A DNA stretch of 32,000 nt, from contig NZ_CP007536.1 of NCBI RefSeq assembly GCF_000698785.1, positions 2,490,001-2,522,000 of the forward strand, written 5' to 3'. Origin of the DNA: Nitrososphaera viennensis EN76 (GTDB taxonomy: Archaea > Thermoproteota > Nitrososphaeria > Nitrososphaerales > Nitrososphaeraceae). The notes below the pieces were generated by a model. That model was given only the letters and a program-made list of their open reading frames with translations. It searched no databases and had not been told where the DNA came from. The stretch's first letter is position 1. Each line of letters opens with the position of its first letter. Shown one piece after another: positions 22,622-30,048 of the stretch. The position numbers and the translations under genes were made by a program.

Positions 22622-22900
22622 TTACCTGACCCTTCTCTTGGCCCTTATCGATGACGCCAGGTACAGGACAAAGCCGCCGGCGACCATGCCAAGCCCGTAC
22701 AGCGAGACAGCGCCCCTGTCGTAGTACGTCCCAAGGCCCACGACCAGCCCGCCCACTATCAGGAGGGCAATCCCTACGCGGGCGGCGCCGGGCATCTGCA
22801 CCTTTGGCTTTGACGACAATACGCCTTCTATTGCCGCGGCGCCGTTAGATAATCCATTTGGTTTTCTGCTTGCCAATGTTTTTATTGCTTCCCTGGCCAT
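22622..22900 (-). CDS. Small two-TM membrane protein (hypothetical)
   Basis: MAREAIKTL…ARVGIALLIVGGLVVGLGTYY…LYGLGMVAGGFVLYLASS. The longer ORF-track version (to 23137) is antisense to the next gene and is rejected. Confidence 0.5.
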   Translation of the reverse strand: MAREAIKTLASRKPNGLSNGAAAIEGVLSSKPKVQMPGAARVGIALLIVGGLVVGLGTYYDRGAVSLYGLGMVAGGFVLYLASSIRAKRRVR

Positions 22901-22921
22901 CAAGTGCACGCACATACAGAG

Positions 22922-23944
22922 ATGAAGGTCGCAGTCGTGGGCATCGGCGTCGCCGGCGCATACCTCATGAACCGGCTTTCTGACATGCACGACGTTCACG
23001 TGACGGGCTTTGAGCGCATGCCGGAGGACCAGCATGACGCCGTGTGCGCATGGGCCACGTGCGAAAACGTCATGTCCGGCCTTGCGAAAAACTGCGGCCT
23101 CAATTTCGACGAATATGTCCTGCACCAGGGCAGGCACATGAAGGTCGACCTGAACTCTGACTATGTTGATCTAAAGCTGAAGGGGATGGTCAGCTATGAC
23201 AAGCTGAAACTAATCCAGGACATGATAAAGGGGACCGACATCAAGTTCGGCAGGGCGCCAAGAAAGGAGGAATTAGAACCGGATTTTGACCTCATAATCG
23301 ACGCGACAGGCTTTCACAGGAACTACCTGCCCCGCCTCGAAAACGAGCTGTGGATACCCTGCGTGCAGTACAAGGTGCGCTACAAGCCTGGGCGCGAGCC
23401 CTTTGACGATTTCTACCTGAAGGCGTTCCCGTCGATGACGGGCTATTTCTGGTACTTCCCTCTTGGAAACGGCTACGCCCACATCGGCGCCGGCGACTTT
23501 GCCAAGGCGCACAACCCGCTTGTGGAAGAGTTTTTGAAAAAGCACGAGTGCGAAGCCGTCATCAAAAAAGTGGGAAGGCCGGTGCGCATCAGCCCTCCTG
23601 CAAACTGCGAGCCGTTCACCGACGGCCGCAAGTGCGTGGGCGTGGGCGAGTCGATAGGGACCGTGTTTGCGCTCCTCGGCGAGGGCATAATCCCGTCGAC
23701 CTGGTGTGCCGACCTGTTTGTACAGAACATGCACGACCTGCAAGCGTACCGCGACGCGGTGATGAAAAAGTTCGAGATCTATTCGCTCATCTTCAAGTTC
23801 GTGCAGCTAAAGATACAGGGCAAGTTCAGCATGGTCCGGCACGCCGGCGACATGCTCAAGATCTACCTGCACATGAAGGGCGAGGAAGACAGGTACGGCA
23901 TGGCCGTCAGGATGGCCGACATGCTCAAGGTGTCGCAGATCTAA
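22922..23944 (+). CDS. FAD/NAD(P)-dependent oxidoreductase, geranylgeranyl-reductase-like family
   Basis: N-terminal Rossmann motif MKVAVVGIGVAGAYLMNRL and a later GDFAKAHNPL/VGVGESIG region typical of GGR/FixC-like flavoproteins. Substrate is unknown. Confidence 0.75.
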   Translation: MKVAVVGIGVAGAYLMNRLSDMHDVHVTGFERMPEDQHDAVCAWATCENVMSGLAKNCGLNFDEYVLHQGRHMKVDLNSDYVDLKLKGMVSYDKLKLIQDMIKGTDIKFGRAPRKEELEPDFDLIIDATGFHRNYLPRLENELWIPCVQYKVRYKPGREPFDDFYLKAFPSMTGYFWYFPLGNGYAHIGAGDFAKAHNPLVEEFLKKHECEAVIKKVGRPVRISPPANCEPFTDGRKCVGVGESIGTVFALLGEGIIPSTWCADLFVQNMHDLQAYRDAVMKKFEIYSLIFKFVQLKIQGKFSMVRHAGDMLKIYLHMKGEEDRYGMAVRMADMLKVSQI

Positions 23945-23987
23945 AGCTTTAAAAATCGTGCCGGGACAGTGAGGTTGATAGATAGAT

Positions 23988-24527
23988 ATGCATACCGATT
24001 CTTCCGGGCACTCGCACGATAATCATTCACATCACGATCATCCTCATCCTCATGATCATTCCCACGATCACGGGCAGCACTCTCACGAGCATGAGCAGGC
24101 CCACGCGCTAGAGCAGCAGCTGAACGAGATGGTCCAGCAGGGCAGGGTGCTGGAGGCGTACATGAACGACGTCATGAACCGCCAGGCGGCGGTCGGCAGG
24201 ATGCTTGAAGAGGCTCGCATCGCGTCAGCCACCATCCAGGGCATCAGCGCAGAGGCAGACAGCGAGACTCTGATGCCAATAGGCATTGGCGTGTACGTCA
24301 AGACAAGCGTGCCGGCGGCAAAGAAGCTCCTGGTGAGCCTCGGCTCGGGAGTCACCATCGAAAAGAGCAGGGACGACGCGCTCAACTACGTCGAGGCGCG
24401 AATCAAGGAATACGAGGTGGCCATGAGGCAGCTTGAGGGCCAGCGCCAGCAGATCGCCATGCAGATGGAGCAGGTCCAGCAGCAGGTGAACATGATGCTC
24501 CGCGCCGCCCAGTCGCGCCAGGGCTAA
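23988..24527 (+). CDS. pfdA: Prefoldin alpha subunit with a His-rich N-terminal extension
   Basis: Coiled coil, then double beta-hairpin (ETLMPIGIGVYVKTSV…KLLVSLGSGVTIEKSRDDALNYVEARIKEY), then coiled coil. The first ~38 residues are HSHDNHSHHDHPHPHDHSHDHGQHSHEHEQAH. Confidence 0.85.
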   Translation: MHTDSSGHSHDNHSHHDHPHPHDHSHDHGQHSHEHEQAHALEQQLNEMVQQGRVLEAYMNDVMNRQAAVGRMLEEARIASATIQGISAEADSETLMPIGIGVYVKTSVPAAKKLLVSLGSGVTIEKSRDDALNYVEARIKEYEVAMRQLEGQRQQIAMQMEQVQQQVNMMLRAAQSRQG

Positions 24528-24551
24528 TCATAACAAACGCGTGCGATAGAG

Positions 24552-26117
24552 ATGTTTGACAAGCTCAAGAAGGCTTTATCCGGAGCCGCAAAGAGCATCG
24601 GCCAGAAGGAGATAAGCGAAAAGATACTCGACGACACGCTCCTCGACCTCCAGATAGAGCTCCTTGAAAGCGACGTCGCGCAGGAGGTGGTCGACGACCT
24701 TTCTGCCAGGCTGAAAAAGGACCTGCTTGGGCTAAAGCTGGAAAAAGGGCAGGATGCAAGCCAGGTAATCGAGTCAAAACTACAGGAAATAGTTGCCGGG
24801 ATTTTTGCCCGCGCAGGCAGGCTTGACATCGTGGAGAAAATCCGGGCAAAAAAGGAGGCAAAGCAGGGCCCGTTTGTAATCGTGTTTCTTGGCATCAACG
24901 GCACCGGCAAGACCACGACTGTCGCCAAGGTGGGAAACCTCCTGCGCAAGAGCGGCATTTCTGTAGTGGTCGCCGCAGGCGACACGCACAGGGCCGGCGC
25001 CATCGAGCAACTGACGCAGCACGCCGAGCGCCTGTCTCTAAAAGTGATTGCGCAGAGGTACGGCGCAGACCCGTCGGCGGTCGGCCGCGACGCAGTTGAC
25101 TATGCGAAAAAGCACTACATCGACGCCGTCCTCATAGACACCGCCGGCAGGATGCAGACGTCCAAGAACCTCATGGACGAGATGTCCAAGATCGTCCGCG
25201 TGGTCAAGCCGGACATCAAGCTTTTTGTAGGCGACTCGCTTGCGGGAAACGACACGATAAACCAGGCCCGCGAGTTCTTCCAGTACGCCAACTTTGACGG
25301 CGCCATCCTCACAAAGATAGATGCCGATGCCAAGGGGGGCGCCGCGATTTCGATAGCGCACCTCACCTCAAAGCCGATTGCCTATGTGGGAGTAGGCCAG
25401 GGATACGACGACATGATACCTTTTGACCCCGACAAGTTCATCACGTCGCTGTTTGGAAGCGCGGCCGTGAGCGTGCAGGACCTGATGTCAGCGCCGCTCC
25501 CGCCTCCTCCTCCTCCTACTACTACTATACCACCGCGTCCTGAGCAAGAGCCAGAGGCACAGCAAGAAAAAGAACCAGAGCCGCGGCCCGCGGCTGCGGC
25601 GGCAAGCGCGTCGCCGCTTTTTCCTTCGCGCGTAGAACAAGAGCCTGCAAAGGAAGAGCCAAAGAAGGATGACGACCGCGACCTTCCCCCACCTCCTCCT
25701 TCGCCGCCCGTGCAGGCAAGCCCTCCTCCGCCTCCACCGCCGCCCTCATCACCGCCTCCCGCGCCGGAACCTGTCGTGAGGGAAGAGCCGAGAGCGGAAA
25801 AGAAGAGCCGCTTTGGAGGGCTGTTTGGCCGCAAGAAAGATGATAACAGCGAGGACAGGCGCAGGCGCGAAGAGGAGGAAGAACGACGCAAGGCCGAAGA
25901 ATCGAACAAGCGCAAAGAAGAGGAAGAAGAGCGCCAGCGCAGAAAAGAGGAGGAGCAGCGCAAGAAGGACGAGGATCAGCAGCGGAAAAAGCGCGAAGAG
26001 GAGGAACGCAAGCGCAAGGAGAAAGAGGAGAAGAAAAAGCGCAAAGATGATAAGGATAGCAAGAAAGACGATGTTGTATACCTGACAGATGAAGACATTG
26101 AAGACCTCCTCAAGTAG
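24552..26117 (+). CDS. ftsY: Signal-recognition-particle receptor FtsY with a long low-complexity C-terminal extension
   Basis: NG domain with GINGTGKTTT, DTAGR, TKIDADAKGG and a YVGVGQGYDDM end at about residue 302. A tail of about 220 aa rich in Pro and then in Glu, Arg and Lys follows in the same frame. Confidence 0.93.
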   Translation: MFDKLKKALSGAAKSIGQKEISEKILDDTLLDLQIELLESDVAQEVVDDLSARLKKDLLGLKLEKGQDASQVIESKLQEIVAGIFARAGRLDIVEKIRAKKEAKQGPFVIVFLGINGTGKTTTVAKVGNLLRKSGISVVVAAGDTHRAGAIEQLTQHAERLSLKVIAQRYGADPSAVGRDAVDYAKKHYIDAVLIDTAGRMQTSKNLMDEMSKIVRVVKPDIKLFVGDSLAGNDTINQAREFFQYANFDGAILTKIDADAKGGAAISIAHLTSKPIAYVGVGQGYDDMIPFDPDKFITSLFGSAAVSVQDLMSAPLPPPPPPTTTIPPRPEQEPEAQQEKEPEPRPAAAAASASPLFPSRVEQEPAKEEPKKDDDRDLPPPPPSPPVQASPPPPPPPPSSPPPAPEPVVREEPRAEKKSRFGGLFGRKKDDNSEDRRRREEEEERRKAEESNKRKEEEEERQRRKEEEQRKKDEDQQRKKREEEERKRKEKEEKKKRKDDKDSKKDDVVYLTDEDIEDLLK

Positions 26118-27051
26118 CAGCAAGCGCGACCTGCTCAGCATGCAGGACCTTTCGGCCGCAGACATACAGGCCATCCTGAAATTGGCGGCAAAGCTAAAGA
26201 AGGAGCAAAAGGCCGGCAAGGCCCGCCCGCTCTTGCGCGGAAAAACCCTTGGCATGATATTCCAGAAACCATCAACGCGAACGCGCGTCAGCTTTGAAGT
26301 GGGCATGAGCCAGCTTGGCGGAAGCGCGATATACCTCGGCTCAACCGACATCCAGCTTGCCCGGGGCGAGACCATCGAGGACACCGCCAAGACCCTTTCG
26401 CGCTATGTCGACTGCCTTATGGCCCGCGTCTACGACCACGCAGACGTGCAGAAACTCGCCGCCTCTGCGTCGATACCTGTAATTAACGGGCTTTCAGACG
26501 CGTTCCACCCGTGCCAGATACTTGCCGACCTCCTGACTATACGGGAGCACAAGAAAAAGCTGGAGGGCCTGCGCATGGCTTGGCTTGGCGACGGCGACAA
26601 CGTCTGCAACGACCTCCTGCTGGCTGCCGCAAAGACAGGCATCAGCATGGCAGCGGCGTGCCCCGCCGGCTATGAGCCGCTTGAAGGCGTTGTAAAGACT
26701 GCCAAGGCAGAGGGCAAGAAAACCGGCGCCGAGATAACAGTCACCGCAGACCCTGCCACGGCCGCAAAGGACGCCGACATTGTCGTCACCGACACGTTCA
26801 TCTCTATTGGCAAGGAGGGCGAGCGCGCCACCCGCGAATCCGTGTTCCTTCCAAAGTACCAGGTAAACGCCGGGATGATGCGGCTTGCAAAAAAAGACGC
26901 GATTTTCATGCACTGCCTGCCGGCAAAGCGCGGCCAGGAGGTGACGGCCGACGTCATCGACGGCCCGCAGTCTGTTGTGTGGGACGAGGCGGAAAACCGC
27001 CTGCACGCGCAAAAGGCCGTCCTGTGCATGCTCATGAAGAAGGCTGCCTAG
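26089..27051 (+). CDS. argF: Ornithine carbamoyltransferase
   Basis: FQKPSTRTRVSFE, HPCQILADL, TDTFISIGKE and FMHCLPAKRGQEV. The only start upstream of the conserved N-terminus is ATG 26089, which overlaps ftsY by 29 nt. Confidence 0.92.
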   Translation: MKTLKTSSSSSKRDLLSMQDLSAADIQAILKLAAKLKKEQKAGKARPLLRGKTLGMIFQKPSTRTRVSFEVGMSQLGGSAIYLGSTDIQLARGETIEDTAKTLSRYVDCLMARVYDHADVQKLAASASIPVINGLSDAFHPCQILADLLTIREHKKKLEGLRMAWLGDGDNVCNDLLLAAAKTGISMAAACPAGYEPLEGVVKTAKAEGKKTGAEITVTADPATAAKDADIVVTDTFISIGKEGERATRESVFLPKYQVNAGMMRLAKKDAIFMHCLPAKRGQEVTADVIDGPQSVVWDEAENRLHAQKAVLCMLMKKAA

Positions 27052-27715
27052 CAGACTTTTTCTTCTTGCGTCTCATGTACCACACGGCTATTGTTGCCGC
27101 CAGGCCTGCCAGTACGACGGCGCCTACTATGGTAAACGCCGCCGACAGCTCTTCTGCGACCGCGTTCCACGCCCCGCCCACGTAAAACCCGACAAGGGTG
27201 AGGGCCGTGGACCACACGAGCGAGCCGGCAAACGTAAAGACCGTAAAACGCGCGATCTTCATCCCGCCGATCCCTGCCGGTATGGATATGAGCTCCCTGA
27301 CTCCAGGCACCATCCTTGCGGCAAACACTGCGGCAGGGCCGTATTTTGCAAACCAGCCTTCCGCCTTTTTCAGGTCGTCCTCGCCCATGCGGATGTACCT
27401 GCCGTAGCGGAGGATTGCCGCGCGGCCAATCTTTCTGGCAACAAGGTAGATGACGATTGCCCCTGCAGTAGAGCCCAGCGCGCCAACCGCCGCCATTCCG
27501 AGCGCGTTTTCTAGGCCGAGGCCGTTGCTCTGCGCCGTAAAGCCGACCAGGGGAAAGACTATCTCGCTTGGTATCGGCGGAAAGACCATTTCAAGAAACG
27601 CGGCCGCAAACACTGCCGGGTAGCCGTACTGCACTATCAGCAACGAAATGCTGTCTGCGACCTGGGAAAGCAGCCCCGCGCTCGCAAGGACTATGACAGC
27701 AAGGGCCGCTCGCAT
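27032..27715 (-). CDS. DedA-family membrane protein
   Basis: QYGYPAVFAAAFLEMVFPPIPSEIVFPLVGF signature and multiple TM helices. The start is ATG 27715 (preferred, given the palindromic TATA at 27745-27760) or ATG 27751. The 3' end overlaps argF by 20 nt in convergent orientation. Confidence 0.85.
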   Translation of the reverse strand: MRAALAVIVLASAGLLSQVADSISLLIVQYGYPAVFAAAFLEMVFPPIPSEIVFPLVGFTAQSNGLGLENALGMAAVGALGSTAGAIVIYLVARKIGRAAILRYGRYIRMGEDDLKKAEGWFAKYGPAAVFAARMVPGVRELISIPAGIGGMKIARFTVFTFAGSLVWSTALTLVGFYVGGAWNAVAEELSAAFTIVGAVVLAGLAATIAVWYMRRKKKKSARQPSS

Positions 27716-27744
27716 CGCAGTATATCCTGTACCTGTAAAAAGAT

Positions 27745-27760
27745 ATAACATATATGTTAT
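27745..27760. promoter_or_regulatory. Perfect 16-bp AT-rich palindrome, candidate bidirectional TATA element
   Basis: ATAACATATATGTTAT equals its own reverse complement. It is centred about 24-27 nt from GTG 27776 / TTG 27779 on the plus strand and 37 nt from ATG 27715 on the minus strand. Confidence 0.5.
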
Positions 27761-27775
27761 CTCTCTAAGGCGCAA

Positions 27776-28939
27776 GTGTTGCGCCGGACCCAGTTCATCA
27801 ACCTGCCCCTGCACACCGGACACCCGCCGGCCTACCTCATGCGCCGTATGGTCAGGCTGTCGCACGCAATGGCAAAGGTCCTGGTGGACGCCTACGGCCA
27901 GCAAGAGTTTTTGCGCAGGCTCTCCGACCCGCTGTGGTTCCAGGCGTTTGGCTGCGTCCTTGGCTTTGACTGGCACTCTTCCGGCGTCACGACGGTCGTG
28001 ACAGGCGTGCTAAAGCAGTCGCTTTCGCCCGACGTGCACGGCATCGCAATAGCGGGCGGCAAGGGCAGAAAGTCAACCTCTGCCATGTCTGACATTCCAA
28101 AGCTTGCCGGTGATTTCGGCCTGTCGTCTGCAAAGACCGAGTCGCTGCTGTACGCAAGCAAGATGTCTGCCAAGGTGGACAGCGCGGCGGTGCAGGACGG
28201 CTATTCGCTCTACCACCATGCGATATTGTTTGACGAGCGAGGCGACTGGGCGGTGGTGCAGCAGGGCATGAACGCGGAGAACAGGATGGCCCGGCGCTAC
28301 CACTGGGTATCTGACAGCCTGAAACAACAAGGAGGGTACGTGCTTGCGCCGCACGCCGGCATAATCTGCGAGCAGAAAACGGCAAGGACGCTTGACATGA
28401 CCTCCAAAGAGTCGCAGGAAAGCCAAAAGGTCTCACTCGACCTTGCGCGGGGCGACACAAACAACCTGAAATCGTCGATATACAAGCTGACGGCTGAAAA
28501 CACGCTTGACCGGTGGCTGCTGGGAGGAGAACCTACAAAGAACATGACCGGCTACGAGATGCCCCGCCGGCTTGACTGGGACCTTTTCAGCAGGATATAC
28601 GACGTCCAGCCGAAAAACTATGAAGAGCTCCTGTCGATGCAGGGAGTCGGCGCGGCCACGGTGAGGGCGCTTGCGCTCGTGTCGGAACTCATATACGGCA
28701 CGCCGGCGTCGTGGCAGGACCCTGTCAAGTACAGCTTTGCCCACGGCGGCAAGGACGGCGTGCCGCACCCCGTTGCGCGCAAGGTCTACGACCAGTCGAT
28801 AAAGTACCTTGAAGGGGCAATAGACGGCGCCGAGCTGGAGCGGGAGGAGCGCACCGCCGCGCTGAAAAAGCTGGCGAAATTTTCAGAGACCATGTTCCCG
28901 TCTTCGGAAGGAGAAGGAGGGGAAGGGCAGTTAAGTTAA
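27776..28939 (+). CDS. DUF763-family conserved protein of unknown function
   Basis: N-terminal INLPLHTGHPPAYLMRRMVRLSHAM…WFQAFGCVLGFDWHSSGVTTV matches my recollection of DUF763. Only GTG 27776 or TTG 27779 can start the frame, which opens at 27749. Confidence 0.75.
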   Translation: MLRRTQFINLPLHTGHPPAYLMRRMVRLSHAMAKVLVDAYGQQEFLRRLSDPLWFQAFGCVLGFDWHSSGVTTVVTGVLKQSLSPDVHGIAIAGGKGRKSTSAMSDIPKLAGDFGLSSAKTESLLYASKMSAKVDSAAVQDGYSLYHHAILFDERGDWAVVQQGMNAENRMARRYHWVSDSLKQQGGYVLAPHAGIICEQKTARTLDMTSKESQESQKVSLDLARGDTNNLKSSIYKLTAENTLDRWLLGGEPTKNMTGYEMPRRLDWDLFSRIYDVQPKNYEELLSMQGVGAATVRALALVSELIYGTPASWQDPVKYSFAHGGKDGVPHPVARKVYDQSIKYLEGAIDGAELEREERTAALKKLAKFSETMFPSSEGEGGEGQLS

Positions 28940-28975
28940 AAATAGCAGCTGCGCGAAAAACCTGCGTGCATACAT

Positions 28976-29284
28976 ATGGCTAAAGTCGTTGTCGGCAAGG
29001 CGTCAGAGATAGGCCCGGGCCAGATGGCCCACGTGACGGCTGGCGGAAAGGAGGTTCTGGTGGCAAACATCGGGGGCGTGTTTTACGCTGCAGGAAACAC
29101 CTGCAACCACGCCGGGGCAGAGCTCCACGAAGGGACGCTCGACGGAAAAGAGCTGACCTGCCCCTGGCATGGAGCCAAGTGGGACGTCACTACGGGAGAG
29201 ATGATCTGGTTTCCACAAAAGCTCAAGCCTATTGGCTCGTACAAGGTGTCGGTGGAAAACGGCACCGTCTACGTGGAGGTCTAG
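28976..29284 (+). CDS. Rieske [2Fe-2S] ferredoxin-type protein
   Basis: CNHAGAELHEG…CPWHGAKWD (CxH…CxxH). 102 aa. Confidence 0.9.
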   Translation: MAKVVVGKASEIGPGQMAHVTAGGKEVLVANIGGVFYAAGNTCNHAGAELHEGTLDGKELTCPWHGAKWDVTTGEMIWFPQKLKPIGSYKVSVENGTVYVEV

Positions 29285-29586
29285 GCAAGCCTCTTTTTTA
29301 CGGACCTGACCTTTGCTTCGAGGCTCTGGTCCTTGTCAAGCCTCTCGTCTATTTTTACCGAGGAGATTATCCTTGCCGTGCCGGCCTTTTTGACTGCGGC
29401 GTGCGCGGCCTTTATCGCTGCGAGCACCGCGGAAATGTCCTCTGCCTCTATCTGGGTGCCAAGCGCCGTGAGCGTGGCTTTGACGCCTTTTGTTTCTCTG
29501 ATGGCGTCAAACGCAAGCGCAACCTCCCTGCCCATGCTGGTACTGCCAGTTACCGGAATCACGCTTATCTCTGCGTGCACTGCCAT
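29281..29586 (-). CDS. MTH1187/YkoF-like (UPF0045) thiamine-binding-fold protein
   Basis: MAVHAEISVIPVTGSTSMGREVALAFDAIRETKGVKATLTALGTQIEAED. The family's typical N-terminus favours ATG 29586 over GTG 29592. Its stop shares a CTAG with the Rieske gene. Confidence 0.8.
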   Translation of the reverse strand: MAVHAEISVIPVTGSTSMGREVALAFDAIRETKGVKATLTALGTQIEAEDISAVLAAIKAAHAAVKKAGTARIISSVKIDERLDKDQSLEAKVRSVKKRLA

Positions 29587-29625
29587 ATGCACCAGAGAAA
29601 ACGTGCGGCTGGGCTAAAAACACTT

Positions 29626-29949
29626 TTACTTCTTCTTCTTTTGATCGCTGATCCGCCGCATGGCAGAGGCAAAGTCTGTAAGTGGCACTATCTTGACGGT
29701 GTTGAAAGCTGAAATGCCTGCCTCGATGCAGAACGTCTCGATCCCGTGCGCGTTTTCGGCCTCGACGATTATCGTCCACTCGTGCTCCAGCACCGAAAAG
29801 TAAAAGCCGACAATCTTTTTGACGCCTGTTTTTTCCATCGATTCCTTCATCTTGCTGTCCATCTTGTCGGTGATTTCCTTGCTGCGCGCGTTGTTGAGCG
29901 GACACGACTCAGGACTGTGCCTTGCAAAGACGCCAAAAAGTGAGGCCAT
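29626..29949 (-). CDS. Small hypothetical alpha/beta protein (DUF3303/GYD-like resemblance only)
   Basis: MASLFGVFARHSPESCPLNNARSKE…KIVGFYFSVLEHEWTIIVEAENAHGIETFCIEAGISAFNTVKIVPL. TATA TTATTATAG lies 28 nt upstream of ATG 29949; an alternative ATG is at 29970. The rest of ORF 29626..30855 is antisense to the methyltransferase. Confidence 0.6.
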   Translation of the reverse strand: MASLFGVFARHSPESCPLNNARSKEITDKMDSKMKESMEKTGVKKIVGFYFSVLEHEWTIIVEAENAHGIETFCIEAGISAFNTVKIVPLTDFASAMRRISDQKKKK

Positions 29950-29972
29950 ATCGCCTGTCAATGATGGCATAG

Positions 29973-29981
29973 CTATAATAA
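29973..29981 (-). promoter_or_regulatory. TATA box for the small alpha/beta protein gene
   Basis: The minus strand reads TTATTATAG, centred 28 nt upstream of ATG 29949. Confidence 0.45.
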
Positions 29982-30048
29982 CAGTTTTTCCGTGGCTTTT
30001 TATTATCCGGCCCCCAGATCCTGCTTGCCATTGAACATAGCCGAGTTC

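Noticed and set aside
25382-26390. Two long minus-strand ORFs (193 and 213 aa) rich in Ser, Gly and Leu
   Set aside because: They are mirror-image artefacts of the low-complexity Pro/Glu/Lys-coding tail of ftsY and of the argF 5' end.
27752-27976. N-terminal 75-88 codons of the 314-aa DedA ORF
   Set aside because: This extension would overlap the conserved N-terminus of the divergent DUF763 gene and cross the palindromic TATA. DedA homology starts after Met 27751 / Met 27715.
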